From contig JASLXV010000023.1 of NCBI GenBank assembly GCA_030740155.1, positions 18,908 to 82,907 on the forward strand: a DNA stretch of 64,000 bases, in the 5' to 3' direction. The DNA is from Dehalococcoidia bacterium (GTDB lineage Bacteria; Chloroflexota; Dehalococcoidia; Lucifugimonadales; UBA3495). The notes under the pieces are model-generated. The model did not search any database. It worked only from the letters and a program-made list of their open reading frames with translations, and was not told the origin of the DNA. Each line of letters opens with the position of its first letter. Positions within the stretch are counted from its first letter, which is position 1. Positions 38,734-49,276 of this stretch are shown here, piece by piece. A program made the position numbers and the translations under genes.

Positions 38734-40599
38734 TTACCTCAACACGCGCTCGTCGCCAACGCGACGGGTGATGTGCTGCTGGTCCAGGTATTCCAATAGG
38801 GGCAACACGTACTTGCGGCTGGAGTTGAACATGGTCCTGGCCTCGGCGACGGTGATGCTTTCGTTGGACTGAAGGTGGGAGACGACCCGGTCCGCCATCT
38901 CCCGGTAGGCGGCGGCGGTGAACACCACCGACGGGTTCACCCTCACCACCTGGCCCTGGTCGATCAGCACCCCCAGCAGCTCCGCTTCCAGGGGTTGGTC
39001 GCCGGGAGGCGTGTAAGGCTCCCGGCCCAGGATTTTCAAATATTCGGCCACCTGCTGCTGCATCTTGGGGGTCAAGGTTACCTGGTGGCCGGGGAGCCGC
39101 AGGAACGGGGCCTCTTCCACCACGTAGCTTTCGCCGGCCAGACGGGCCAACGCCCGGGTGAACGCGGGCTGAGACAGGCCGAGGCGGCTGCGGATTTCCT
39201 GGACGGGCGCCCCCCGCCGCAAGGGGTATTGGCCGTGGTAGGTCTGGAGGGACACAAACATCTTGCTCTTGAGGATGTCCCAACTCTGTGCTGAGTAAAC
39301 GACCGCGTCGTTATCGGTCCCCAACTCTCCCAGGACCACCACGTCCCCGTCGTCCACGAGGCTTGCCGTACGCTCCACGACCTCGGACGCCGGCAGGTTG
39401 GAGCGCCGGGATAGGGTCGTCAGATCGCAGGGGCCCCACTGCTCGGCGACGCTGAGCAGTATGTCTTCACCGGTGCCCTGGTCCAGCATCATCAGCCTTT
39501 CTTCCACCTCTGGGCTGAAGCGCCGGTGCCGCCGCCGGGGGTTCGGGTCCACCACCTGCCCCCCGCCCAGGGTATCTTCGGCGGAGCGGATGACGAAGAA
39601 GTCCCCTTTTACCATCGGCAGGGATTCGTTCAACAGAATCTGCACCCAGCCTTCGGCGCCGGGGGCCAGCCGGTCGGCGTCCAGCAGCCGGACCCTGGCG
39701 GTAGTCTCACTGGTGAACAGATGGAAGGTCACCCCCTCGTTGTGGCGCAGGGAGTGGGGCGCTCCCCGGACCATCCTCAACTGGGCGTCCAGCCTTCTGG
39801 TGGGCCTCAACCATCCGGGGGTGGTCAAGATTTCCCCTCGCTGGACCTCGGTGCGGGCCAGCCCGGAGATATTTACGGCCAGCCGGACTCCCGGCTGGGT
39901 GTTCTCCACCTTGGTCTTGTGGCTCTGCAATCCGCGAATCCTGCCCCGGCGGCCCGAGGGGGCTAGCTCTACCTCCTGCCCCACGGCCAGGACCCCGTCG
40001 ATGAGGGTTCCGGTGACCACGGTCCCGAAGCCGGAGATGGTGAAGCAGCGGTCCACGGGCAGCCGGGGACGCCCCAGGTCGCGCCGCGCCTCGGTGTCGT
40101 CGAGTATCCCGTCGAGGGCGGAGCGCAGATCGTCGAGCCCGGCCCCGGTGTTGGCCGATACCCCAACCATTGCCGAGTTTTCGAAAGAGGTCCCTTTCAG
40201 GGCGTCCTCGACCTCGGCCATGACCAGCTCCACCATCTCTTCATCGACCAGATCGGTCTTGGTGATCACCACCAGGTTGCGCCGGACCTGGAGGATGTCC
40301 AGGATGGCCAGGTGCTCCCGGGTTTGAGGCATGACGCTTTCGTCGGCGGCCACGATCAGCATAGCCAGGTCGATGGCGCCGACGCCGGCCAGCATGTTCT
40401 TGATGAACCGTTCGTGGCCCGGCACATCGACGATGCTGACCTCCCGCCCGCTGGGCAAGGTCATCCAGGCGAATCCGAGGTCGACGGTCATCTCCCGCGC
40501 CTTTTCTTCGGGCAGGCGGTCCGGGTCGATGTCAGTCAGGGCCTTGACCAGCGTGGACTTCCCGTGGTCCACGTGGCCGGCGGTGCCTATCACGTACAT
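38734..40599 (-). CDS. selB: Selenocysteine-specific elongation factor
   Basis: [19 protein letters not shown] and C-terminal winged-helix SRKY..PLLEYLD...TRR.GD.R. Confidence 0.96.
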   Translation of the reverse strand: MYVIGTAGHVDHGKSTLVKALTDIDPDRLPEEKAREMTVDLGFAWMTLPSGREVSIVDVPGHERFIKNMLAGVGAIDLAMLIVAADESVMPQTREHLAILDILQVRRNLVVITKTDLVDEEMVELVMAEVEDALKGTSFENSAMVGVSANTGAGLDDLRSALDGILDDTEARRDLGRPRLPVDRCFTISGFGTVVTGTLIDGVLAVGQEVELAPSGRRGRIRGLQSHKTKVENTQPGVRLAVNISGLARTEVQRGEILTTPGWLRPTRRLDAQLRMVRGAPHSLRHNEGVTFHLFTSETTARVRLLDADRLAPGAEGWVQILLNESLPMVKGDFFVIRSAEDTLGGGQVVDPNPRRRHRRFSPEVEERLMMLDQGTGEDILLSVAEQWGPCDLTTLSRRSNLPASEVVERTASLVDDGDVVVLGELGTDNDAVVYSAQSWDILKSKMFVSLQTYHGQYPLRRGAPVQEIRSRLGLSQPAFTRALARLAGESYVVEEAPFLRLPGHQVTLTPKMQQQVAEYLKILGREPYTPPGDQPLEAELLGVLIDQGQVVRVNPSVVFTAAAYREMADRVVSHLQSNESITVAEARTMFNSSRKYVLPLLEYLDQQHITRRVGDERVLR

Positions 40600-40829
40600 T
40601 AGGGCATGATCGCTATGCGGGTGTCTTCGGGTCCAAGTACGTCGATGGCATGATGAAGGCACGCACGAATGTCCTCGGCTTTGAGGCCAGGGTAGTAATC
40701 CTGGGTTATCTTCCCGAAGGAAAGACCTTCCCTCACCAGTTCAAGCACACTCAATACCGGAATCCTGGTACCTGTAACACATGGCTTCCCATAACGGATA
40801 TCCTGGCTTACCGTGATTCCTTCGCTCAT
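40599..40829 (-). CDS. DUF433 domain protein (antitoxin-like)
   Basis: GKPCV.GTRIPV...YPGL..EDI.ACL; stop codon overlaps the selB ATG. Confidence 0.85.
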   Translation of the reverse strand: MSEGITVSQDIRYGKPCVTGTRIPVLSVLELVREGLSFGKITQDYYPGLKAEDIRACLHHAIDVLGPEDTRIAIMP

Positions 40830-40877
40830 GTCTCCCCTTAGTGAGGGTCTGCGTCAAGAATAGCACCAATTCGACCC

Positions 40878-42107
40878 TCACCCCACAAACCGGGTGAAAA
40901 CCTGGTTGGCGATGAAGTAGGCCGATTCGGTCAGGCGTAGGCGTCCGTCTTGCCGCTCCAGCAGGCCCAACCCGGCCAGGTCCTCAATCTCCGGCCGGTA
41001 CTTCGCTTCCAGGTCGGCCCCGGCCCCGGCGGACGCCTCCGCCAGGTCCATTCCGTCCAGGAGGCGTAGCCCCAGGAACATGGTTTCGGCGCACGCCGTG
41101 TCCCGGTCGATGTATTCCTGGCCGGCCACCGGCGCGACCGTGCGCAACTCCGCCTCCGTGAGGGAGTCGAAGGGCCCCGGCTGGGTGGCCTGCCACCGCT
41201 TCACCCGCGAGATGTAGGTCCGGGGCGAATTCGCTTCCCAGAACCGGTACCGGCCCAGACGGGAGTGGGCGCCGGGCCCAACGCCGAGATAGGGCCGATT
41301 GAGCCAATAGCCCAGATTGTGCCGTGCAACGTACCCGGTCCGCGCCCAGTTGGATATCTCGTAGTGATGGTATCCGGCCCCGGCCAGCAAAACCCGGGCA
41401 AGGCCGTACATGTCGGCGGCCAGGTCCGGGTCCGGCTCCGGCAGCTTCCCCTGCTCCATCTGGTGGTGCAGGGGGGTCCCCTCTTCCAGGGTCAAGCTGT
41501 AGAGTGAAAGGTGAGTGGGGCCGAGGGACACGACGGCTTGCAGCGTCTCCCGCCATTGGGCCAGCGATTGGTGGGGCAGGCCGTACATCAGGTCCAGGCT
41601 GATGTCGGTGAACCCGGCATCGCCGGCGGCCCGGTAGGCGTGCACCGCCTCCTCGGAGTTGTGGCGCCGGCCCAATAGGGTCAGCAGGCCATCGTCCAGG
41701 CTCTGGACACCCATGCTGAGCCGGTTGATTCCCTGGGAGAGCAGTCTCCGGCAGGCGGCCCGGTCCAGGTCCCCCGGGTTGGCCTCCAGGGTTACCTCGG
41801 CATCCTCCTCGACGTTGAAGGCAGCGCGGATCGCGGCCAGCATCCGGCCGATGTATCCGTCGGGCAGATAGGAGGGCGTTCCTCCGCCGAAGAACACGGT
41901 GTTGACCGCCGGTTGTTGCAGCACCCGGCCCCAGAGGCCGAACTCGGCGGTCACGGCCTCCAGGTACGGCGCAATAAGGTCTTCAATCCCCTGGTAGGTG
42001 TTGAAATCACAGTAAGGACATCTGGTCTGGCAGAACGGGACGTGCACATACAGACCCATTCCGGTATCTGGAACGATTCGTGGGGTCGGTAGTGGTCTTG
42101 TTGCCAT
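40878..42107 (-). CDS. hemW: Radical SAM heme chaperone HemW
   Basis: YVHVPFCQTRCPYCDF, FGGGTPS and HYEISNW motifs. Confidence 0.88.
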   Translation of the reverse strand: MATRPLPTPRIVPDTGMGLYVHVPFCQTRCPYCDFNTYQGIEDLIAPYLEAVTAEFGLWGRVLQQPAVNTVFFGGGTPSYLPDGYIGRMLAAIRAAFNVEEDAEVTLEANPGDLDRAACRRLLSQGINRLSMGVQSLDDGLLTLLGRRHNSEEAVHAYRAAGDAGFTDISLDLMYGLPHQSLAQWRETLQAVVSLGPTHLSLYSLTLEEGTPLHHQMEQGKLPEPDPDLAADMYGLARVLLAGAGYHHYEISNWARTGYVARHNLGYWLNRPYLGVGPGAHSRLGRYRFWEANSPRTYISRVKRWQATQPGPFDSLTEAELRTVAPVAGQEYIDRDTACAETMFLGLRLLDGMDLAEASAGAGADLEAKYRPEIEDLAGLGLLERQDGRLRLTESAYFIANQVFTRFVG

Positions 42108-42245
42108 ACAAATCCGCTGGGATCGTCGAGGTCTTGGGGCAATTACCGGAGAGGACGCCGCGATTGCCCGCCGCCGGCTCGGGCCGGGTCCGCCGGTAGG
42201 CCCAAGCCCATCGCTCAGCTGGCCAGGGTGTGGCCTGGCGGGAGG

Positions 42246-42617
42246 CTACTCATCGTCAAGGAGCCTGGAGGAGCCGTCCACCACCTTCGAAGGGTCTTTG
42301 TCCTCGGGTCGATCGGAGCGGGGGGGCCTCCCCAGGTGAAGGTCGACCAGGTGAGGGGGAGAAAGCTTTATCAGCATGAGGACCGCTAGGCCAAGGACGA
42401 TCACGTCGTCGGCTTTACCCACGATCGGGACCTTCCAATCGTGAGCTAGGTCGATGGGCGATACGATGTAGACAAGGGCCAGCGGGACCAATGCCCTTAG
42501 CACTATGAACACCCGCTTGTCGAAAGTGAGCCGCCATACCAACCGTACATACCGCATGATGACCGGCATCAATCGTGGGGCCATGAAGAACAACAACGGG
42601 ATTATCCGATGCAGCAT
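42246..42617 (-). CDS. DUF1232/YkvA family membrane protein
   Basis: YIVSPIDL..D..P.VG..DD motif. Confidence 0.8.
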   Translation of the reverse strand: MLHRIIPLLFFMAPRLMPVIMRYVRLVWRLTFDKRVFIVLRALVPLALVYIVSPIDLAHDWKVPIVGKADDVIVLGLAVLMLIKLSPPHLVDLHLGRPPRSDRPEDKDPSKVVDGSSRLLDDE

Positions 42618-42826
42618 GGTTGCAACTCCGAAAAATCGGCTACCGCATATAATTATAAGGCAGTCCGGGTGCCTTGGGAACCGGGGCCGCTTCCGCCGCG
42701 GGACCATACGCTATACTATTACTGGTGCGGGCGCGAAATGCGTCCCCGCTTTTTTCGGGGTCCCACACAACAGCCGCAAACCTCGGGCCCAAGATCGGTG
42801 TCCGAGGCGATGATGGAGCGTTGAAC

Positions 42827-44227
42827 ATGGCGCCTGTGACTCAATCCCGGACCATCGGCCAGCTTCGTAAGTCCCGTTACCAGGTGCTCCCGGTGCGGGA
42901 AGAACTGAGGAATAACCTGATTGCCAAGATCAGGGCGGAGGAGATCGTCTTCCCGGGCATCATCGGGTTCGAGAACACGGTGATCCCCCAACTGGAAAAC
43001 GCAATCCTCGCCGGGCAGGACGTTATCCTCCTGGGAGAGCGAGGGCAGGCCAAGTCTCGTCTGATCCGGAGCATGGTCAATCTGCTGGACGAGTACATCC
43101 CCAAGATCGCCGGTTGTGAGATCAACGATAACCCCTACAGCCCCATTTGCCGGGCCTGCCGTGATAAAGTGGCCAAGGCAGGCGACGAGACAGAGATCGA
43201 GTGGGTGCCCCGGGAGGACCGCTACTCGGAGAAGCTGGCCACGCCGGATATTTCCATCGCCGACCTTATCGGCGAGGTAGACCCGATAAAGGTGGCCGAG
43301 GGCCATTACCTGTCCGACGAGCTGGTCATCCACTACGGCCTGGTGCCTCGCACCAACCGGGGTATTTTCTGCATCAACGAGCTGCCCGACCTGGCGGAGC
43401 GAATTCAAGTCGGCCTGTTCAACCTGATGGAAGAGCACGACGTGCAGATCAAGGGCTACCGTATCCGCCTGCCTCTGGACGTCTACGTGGTGTCGACCGC
43501 CAACCCCGAAGACTATACCAGCCGGGGCCGCATCGTGACCCCGCTAAAGGACCGGTACGGGTCGCAGATCCACACCCATTACCCCAAGGACATCGAGGAC
43601 GAGATCACCATCATGGAGCAGGAGCGGTCCCGCTTCCCCGAAGAGGACACCATAGTGGTGCCCGACTATATGAAGGAGATACTGGCGGAGATAACTTCAC
43701 TGGCCAGGCAGAGCAGCGAGATCAACCAACGCTCCGGGGTGAGCGTCCGGGTTTCCATATCCAACTACGAGATCCTGCTGAGCAACGCCATGCGACGGTC
43801 CATTGTCCACGGGGATCAGTGGGTCTGCCCCAGGGCCAGCGACTTGCCCTATATCGTTGCTTCTTTTTCCGGGAAGATCGAGCTGGAGACCTTCGAGGAA
43901 GGCCGGGAGAGCAAGGTGACCGACGACCTGACCCGGCGGGCGGCGCTCCGGGTATTTGGCAATTATTTCGACGTGAGCGATCTGGAGCAGGTGATAACCT
44001 CTTTCGACCTGGGGCACACGGCGGAGACCGGCAGCGAGAGGCCGGCGTCCGAGTACCCGGCATTGCTGACGAGGGTAGAAGGCCTGTCCGACGCGGTGAA
44101 GCGGTTGACCGACGACGAGCGGCCCGAGGTGCTGGCTTCGGCCATCGAGTTCATCCTGGAGGGCCTGCACCTGAACCGGCGGCTGAACTGCGAGCGGAGC
44201 CCGGAGGGGTACCTCTACCGGAGGTAG
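42827..44227 (+). CDS. Mg-chelatase-like AAA+ ATPase (Rv0958 type)
   Basis: GERGQAKS, EKLATPD, INELPDL and ANPEDYT.RGRI.TPLKDR motifs. Confidence 0.85.
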   Translation: MAPVTQSRTIGQLRKSRYQVLPVREELRNNLIAKIRAEEIVFPGIIGFENTVIPQLENAILAGQDVILLGERGQAKSRLIRSMVNLLDEYIPKIAGCEINDNPYSPICRACRDKVAKAGDETEIEWVPREDRYSEKLATPDISIADLIGEVDPIKVAEGHYLSDELVIHYGLVPRTNRGIFCINELPDLAERIQVGLFNLMEEHDVQIKGYRIRLPLDVYVVSTANPEDYTSRGRIVTPLKDRYGSQIHTHYPKDIEDEITIMEQERSRFPEEDTIVVPDYMKEILAEITSLARQSSEINQRSGVSVRVSISNYEILLSNAMRRSIVHGDQWVCPRASDLPYIVASFSGKIELETFEEGRESKVTDDLTRRAALRVFGNYFDVSDLEQVITSFDLGHTAETGSERPASEYPALLTRVEGLSDAVKRLTDDERPEVLASAIEFILEGLHLNRRLNCERSPEGYLYRR

Positions 44228-44434
44228 GCCTCGCCGGAAAGCAGGCTTGGCCGGCCGTTCGCCGCCCGGTCTCGGCACGACCTAATTCCCTCATGTTCTG
44301 CGTCGCCAGTTACGGCTACACCCCTCATTGGATCCGAGTATCCGAGCCCTCTATTTCTCCTCTGCAAACCTCTTTTGCGGAACCTGCGAATGGTAAGTGG
44401 GGATTTCTACCACGCCGATTCTGACCGCCCCCCA

Positions 44435-44477
44435 TTGAACTTAAGCCGGCCCGGATTTATGATTAGTACAGATGTTC
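44435..44477 (+). promoter_or_regulatory. Sigma70 promoter (TTGAAC-17-TATGAT) followed by LexA-type box GTAC-N4-GTTC
   Basis: -35 at 44435-44440, -10 at 44458-44463, AGTACAGATGTTC at 44465-44477. Confidence 0.7.
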
Positions 44478-44505
44478 CCATAAGTTCATGAATCAGGGAG
44501 GTTTG

Positions 44506-45411
44506 ATGGGCGTCGCCGCAGTCCGGGCAGTCTACTGCAAAACCTTGCTGAACCGCACCGACGTTCCCGGTATGCCCTTTCGCTGGTCGCTGAACCCCTA
44601 CCGGGGTTGCAGCCACGCGTGTAACTATTGCTTTGCCCGCCCCACCCATCAGTTCGGAGGCCCCGACGCTGGCCGGGAGTTCGAGCAGCGGGTATTCGCC
44701 AAGGTAAACGCGCCGCAGGTGCTGTGCCAAGAGCTTTCCCGCCCCCAGTGGCATCGAGAGCCCATCATCATCGGCACCGCCTCCGACCCCTACGAGCCGG
44801 CCGAGGCCGAGTACCTGCTGACCCGCCGAATCCTCCAGGTATTGGCGGAGTTCGAGAACCCGGCGGCAATCACGACAAAAGGGGTGCTGGTGCGGCGTGA
44901 TGTAGACGTATTGCGGGACCTGGGCCGGGTGGCCCACGTGCGGGTGATCTTCAGCGTTGGGAGCATCGACGAACGGGTGTGGAGGCTGACTGAACCGGGG
45001 GCCCCGGACCCGTGGGCCCGGCTTGAAGCCATGCAATTTCTGGTGGAGAACGGCATCTCCGCCGGGGTGGTTATGGCCCCCTTGCTTCCCGGCATCTCGG
45101 ATAGCTCGCAAAGCATCGACGCGGTGGCCGCCGCTGCCGCCAGTCACCAGGCCCAGTTCCTGGAGGCCAACCTTCTTTTCTTGAACCCCGGCTCCAGAGA
45201 AGGTTTTATGCCGTCGCTGGGAGAGGCTTACCCCCGCCTGGTCCCGGCTTACGCCAGGTTGTACCGCAGAACCTACGCGCCCCAGGCGTACAAGAACAGC
45301 GTGCTGAAGGTGGTCGCGGAGGCGCGGCGAAAATGGGGACTGCCGGCCAGTGCACCGTGGCGGTCGGTGCAGGCTCCCCAGCGGCAGCTACAACTCGCTC
45401 TGAGCGCGTGA
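44506..45411 (+). CDS. Radical SAM protein, Rv2578c/SplB-like (putative DNA repair)
   Basis: LNPYRGCSHACNYCFAR, GTASDPY, TKG and EPG motifs; C-terminal QLQL. Confidence 0.88.
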   Translation: MGVAAVRAVYCKTLLNRTDVPGMPFRWSLNPYRGCSHACNYCFARPTHQFGGPDAGREFEQRVFAKVNAPQVLCQELSRPQWHREPIIIGTASDPYEPAEAEYLLTRRILQVLAEFENPAAITTKGVLVRRDVDVLRDLGRVAHVRVIFSVGSIDERVWRLTEPGAPDPWARLEAMQFLVENGISAGVVMAPLLPGISDSSQSIDAVAAAAASHQAQFLEANLLFLNPGSREGFMPSLGEAYPRLVPAYARLYRRTYAPQAYKNSVLKVVAEARRKWGLPASAPWRSVQAPQRQLQLALSA

Positions 45412-45460
45412 AGGTCCGGCACCGGCGGTGGCGGCGCGGAGGGCGAGGCGGCAGCAGCGC

Positions 45461-46126
45461 TCAGTAGTTTGAAGCCTTGGTCTCGACCAGCTTGCCGGTG
45501 ACCAGGAAAATGACCCTCTCGGCTATGTTGGTGGCCCGGTCGGCGATCCGTTCCAGGTCGTGTGCCACCCATAGCAGGTAGGTCGCCCTTTTGATGGTTT
45601 CCGGGTCCTTGATCATCAAGAGAAGCAGGTTCCGGTACACCTGATCGTACAACTCGTCCACATTGTCGTCGGCCTGGCACACCTGCTGGGCTTTCACAAC
45701 GTCCCTAGTGAACAGGGCGTCCATGCTGTCGTGCAGCATCGCCGTCGCTTTTTCGGCCATGACGGGTATGTCGACCAGTGGTTTGACCGGGGGGTCCTCC
45801 CCCATGGCCAGACTGATTTTGGCGATCCCCTCGGCGTAGTCCCCCATCCGCTCCAACTCCACCGCGATGTGAAGCAGGGCGAGGATGACCCGCAGGTCCC
45901 GGGCCATCGGCTGCTGACTTGCGATGAGGTCGATGCATCGCTCCTCGATTTCGAACCGCTTCTGGTCGATGTAGTCGTCGTCCCGCACAACCTGGTCCGA
46001 ATTTGCCAGGTCTCGCTCCTTCAGGGCGTCCACCGCCAGGTTGATCGACTTTGCGACAGTCGTGGCCAGGACCTCCACTTCTTTCTGAAGCAGATCGAGT
46101 TGAAGGTCAAAATCTGCCCTTGGCAT
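45461..46126 (-). CDS. phoU: Phosphate signalling protein PhoU
   Basis: QPMARDLR, ELERMGDYA and LERIADRATNIAE motifs. Confidence 0.95.
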   Translation of the reverse strand: MPRADFDLQLDLLQKEVEVLATTVAKSINLAVDALKERDLANSDQVVRDDDYIDQKRFEIEERCIDLIASQQPMARDLRVILALLHIAVELERMGDYAEGIAKISLAMGEDPPVKPLVDIPVMAEKATAMLHDSMDALFTRDVVKAQQVCQADDNVDELYDQVYRNLLLLMIKDPETIKRATYLLWVAHDLERIADRATNIAERVIFLVTGKLVETKASNY

Positions 46127-46864
46127 TCCTGCCCCTCCTGATGTTCCACTCCCTGGGATGGGAGACTTGTTCTCGGGCCGCTCCGAGAGCGCCGGGGCTG
46201 AGGACCAGGTCACGGCGGCGGCGCCCTTGTCGCCTTGCGGCCTGGCGTCCCCCGGTCCACGCCGCCTGGATTACGGATTCGCCGCCAGGACCTCTAGCTA
46301 GATTGGATGCCGGAAAACGCCCGGAGACTCCAGCGCATTAATGCGAGGTCTGACCACTTCCAGACGCAACCAGTCGTTCTTGCGTCCCCTTGAGCCGTAC
46401 TCCCGGACCGCTAGGGTTGGTGCTTTCGGACACCGGGTCATCCGTCCCCAAGATTGAGGAGAAAGACTCGCCCCTTATGCCCCCGTTGCGCATGCTTGCG
46501 GGTGGTAGAAGGATACTCTCGGGGGGTAGAATGAGTCAATTCGCCAGACCGGCGTTTTCCTTCTTCCCTTTGCTCGGAGTGTCTGGTATCATCTTAGGTT
46601 AATCACGCCGGGAAGGCGCCCGGTTACGAATTCCAGCGAGCGACGGCGATGGCTACGTGGAACGTCATGGCCCTGCTGCGGGAGAGGAGCGGCGGACCGG
46701 AGTGGAGGGGACGCTAAAGTCTCGGCTTTTGTGTTCGAAGCGGTTGCCGCCCGGTTACTGCCGGAGTTATGATAGGTTTGCGGTCGCGGCCGAGTGAGGT
46801 TTTCGATAGGGAAACTGCGCGATAGCTCCTTTTCCAGAGGTACCATGGTTCGATATGGTGCCGT

Positions 46865-48133
46865 ATGACTAATCCGGCCCTTTTGCTGCTCAAGCCGGCT
46901 GCTTGGCTAACGGATAAGCTGCAAGTCAATCGCAGTGTGGTTGGCGCCCTCGCCGAAGGCCGGAGCGACCAACGCTTTAGGCTGGCTTTTCGGTACTTCT
47001 CGTGGAAGAAGCTGTTCAATGTCATCCTGGTTGAGGCCCAGCTACGGATAGGGCGCGCCAAGACCTGGGGGGCGCCCTTCGAGTGGGAAATCGACACGAC
47101 CAACATTTGCCAGTTGAAATGCCCCTTGTGCCACACCGGTTTGGGCACCATCCGGCGGGATAAAGGGACCATGCATTTCGACCTTTTCACGAGGACTATC
47201 GATCAGATCAAAGACTATTGTGTGTGGCTGACCCTTTATAGCTGGGGAGAACCTTTCTTAAACCGGCGAATTCATGAGTTTGTGGCCTATGCTCATGAGA
47301 ATAAGATTGCTACAATTATGAGCACGAACCTCAACAAGCAGTTGAGCCCCGAGACGGCGGAGAATATCATCAAATCGGGATTGGACGTGATGATCATCTC
47401 GCTCGATGGACTCACTCAGGAAGTCTACGAGACCTACCGTGTTGGCGGGCGGCTGGAGCGGGTCCTGGACAATATCAAGCTCCTGGTGCGAAAGAAGAAG
47501 GAGTTGGGCTACATCACTCCCAACCTGGAATGGCAGTTCATCGTCATGCGGCAAAACGAGTTCCAAATGGACGACGCCCGGCGCATGGCGGTTGAGCTGG
47601 GGGTAGACTCCCTGGTGTTCAAGAAAGTAGACTTCCCTCACGGTGAAAAAACCCAGGAAACGGCGGAGCGCTGGCTCCCGCGGGAGCATCCGGAATACCT
47701 CCGGGGTGATCCGTTTTCAAAGCCGTACCAGGAGGATGGGGATAGGTGTTGGCGGCTGTGGCGCAGCGCCGTGGTCAACTGGGATGGCGGCCTTGCACCT
47801 TGCTGCTACCTGACCGACAAGGCCGAGGATTTCGGCGACGCCGGCACCACCCCGGTCAAGGAAATCTGGACTGGCGAGCAGTACACCACCGCCCGGGGCC
47901 TGTTCAAGAACGGCTATGTACCGGAGAAGTGGGTCGGCTGCGCGTCGTGCGGCGTGTATCTTGGGAGCCAGGCGGCCAGGAAAAGGGGGCCGATGGCGCT
48001 GCATCCGGAGCCGGCCTATGCGGGTTCAACCGGAGTGACGGGCCGGAGCGGTGCAGGCGAGGGACCTCAAGTGCCGGGCGGCTGGCGCTTTCCCATGGCA
48101 AGCAATTGGAAAGAAGAGTCCGATGAAGAGTGA
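46865..48133 (+). CDS. Radical SAM protein with C-terminal SPASM/twitch domain
   Basis: CQLKCPLC and WGEP motifs; C-terminal CWRLW...DG...PCC...CASC. Confidence 0.88.
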   Translation: MTNPALLLLKPAAWLTDKLQVNRSVVGALAEGRSDQRFRLAFRYFSWKKLFNVILVEAQLRIGRAKTWGAPFEWEIDTTNICQLKCPLCHTGLGTIRRDKGTMHFDLFTRTIDQIKDYCVWLTLYSWGEPFLNRRIHEFVAYAHENKIATIMSTNLNKQLSPETAENIIKSGLDVMIISLDGLTQEVYETYRVGGRLERVLDNIKLLVRKKKELGYITPNLEWQFIVMRQNEFQMDDARRMAVELGVDSLVFKKVDFPHGEKTQETAERWLPREHPEYLRGDPFSKPYQEDGDRCWRLWRSAVVNWDGGLAPCCYLTDKAEDFGDAGTTPVKEIWTGEQYTTARGLFKNGYVPEKWVGCASCGVYLGSQAARKRGPMALHPEPAYAGSTGVTGRSGAGEGPQVPGGWRFPMASNWKEESDEE

Positions 48134-48354
48134 CGGCGGGTTTCGTGCCGGGGAGTGGGCCAGTGTTGGGAAGTGTCGAAACCTGCGGGTCATTCAGGTA
48201 TCCGCCCACGGAAGAAGGTGTCAATCCTGGTCTCCAAGGAATGGCTCGCGATAAAACGCCGGTGGCGATACCATACCAGTCACCGCTCTTTGACGTCGAC
48301 GTCAGGTCGACTGGGGTCTGGGCGGTAGGCGGGCATAGCTGAGGGTGGAGAGGC

Positions 48355-49248
48355 ATGATGCTTCCCGAGCGCTTCAACCCCTTCAAAAAGTTCCCGTTTC
48401 GGACCTGGCTTCACCACTTCCGGGAGTTGCTCCTTGTCGTAGGTGCCTACTTCATCTACATGTACTCCAGAGCGCTGGTGTTCGATGACATCGAAGCCTC
48501 TGCCCTGGCCAATGCCAGCACGATCATTGCACTCGAAAAATCTCTGGGTTTCTTCTGGGAGCCGGATTGGCAGGCGTGGGCCATCGCCAGCGCCAAAGCC
48601 GTGGTGGTCTTCTTCAATTGGGCCTACATATTCACTTTCTGGCCGATTATCCTGATCGCCGCCCTCATCCTCTACATCGGCAACCGGCCTCGCTACATTT
48701 ACTACCGCAACGTCCTGCTGCTCAGCTTCGTCTTGGCCTTACTGGGCTTCATGCTGTTCCCCTTGGCCCCGCCCCGCATGATGGCCGGGCAATTCGTCGA
48801 TACCATCAAGGCCTTTGGGCCGGCCTTCTACGCCAGCAGGGAGTTTGCCAACTACTACAATCCCTACGCGGCCATGCCCAGCCTGCACTTTAGCTGGACC
48901 ATTATGTTCGGCATCGTGTTTCTGCGATCGGGCAACCGGTGGGTGAGAGTCCTCGGAATCCTCTACCCATTGGTGACGCTGCTGGCTATCACCATCACCG
49001 GCAATCATTACATTATCGATGCCATTGCTGGTGGCCTCTTGATCGCGGGGGCCTTCGCCACGTTGGAGTTGGGATTCCGCCGCCGGTTCTTCTTGCCGAG
49101 GTTGCGGAAGTACCTTCGAGAATCTTCCGGTAGACGCCGGTTGCCCAAGTCCGGCGCGACCGGGCCGACGGATGCGCCTGCCGCGGGCTTCATACAAAAT
49201 GGCCTGGACGGGTATCCGAATAATCCCGGCAATCCCTCGGGCCAATAG
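48355..49248 (+). CDS. PAP2-superfamily Aur1/inositol phosphorylceramide synthase-like membrane protein
   Basis: PLAPPR, NPYAAMPSLH and TGNHY..D motifs. Confidence 0.85.
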   Translation: MMLPERFNPFKKFPFRTWLHHFRELLLVVGAYFIYMYSRALVFDDIEASALANASTIIALEKSLGFFWEPDWQAWAIASAKAVVVFFNWAYIFTFWPIILIAALILYIGNRPRYIYYRNVLLLSFVLALLGFMLFPLAPPRMMAGQFVDTIKAFGPAFYASREFANYYNPYAAMPSLHFSWTIMFGIVFLRSGNRWVRVLGILYPLVTLLAITITGNHYIIDAIAGGLLIAGAFATLELGFRRRFFLPRLRKYLRESSGRRRLPKSGATGPTDAPAAGFIQNGLDGYPNNPGNPSGQ

Positions 49249-49276
49249 GGCGCCCGGCCTAGCCAGCCCGCGCTGA

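Noticed and set aside
46200-46860. RiPP precursor for the SPASM/twitch radical SAM
   Set aside because: No short ORF with an RBS and precursor-like composition, and no RRE, peptidase or transporter nearby.
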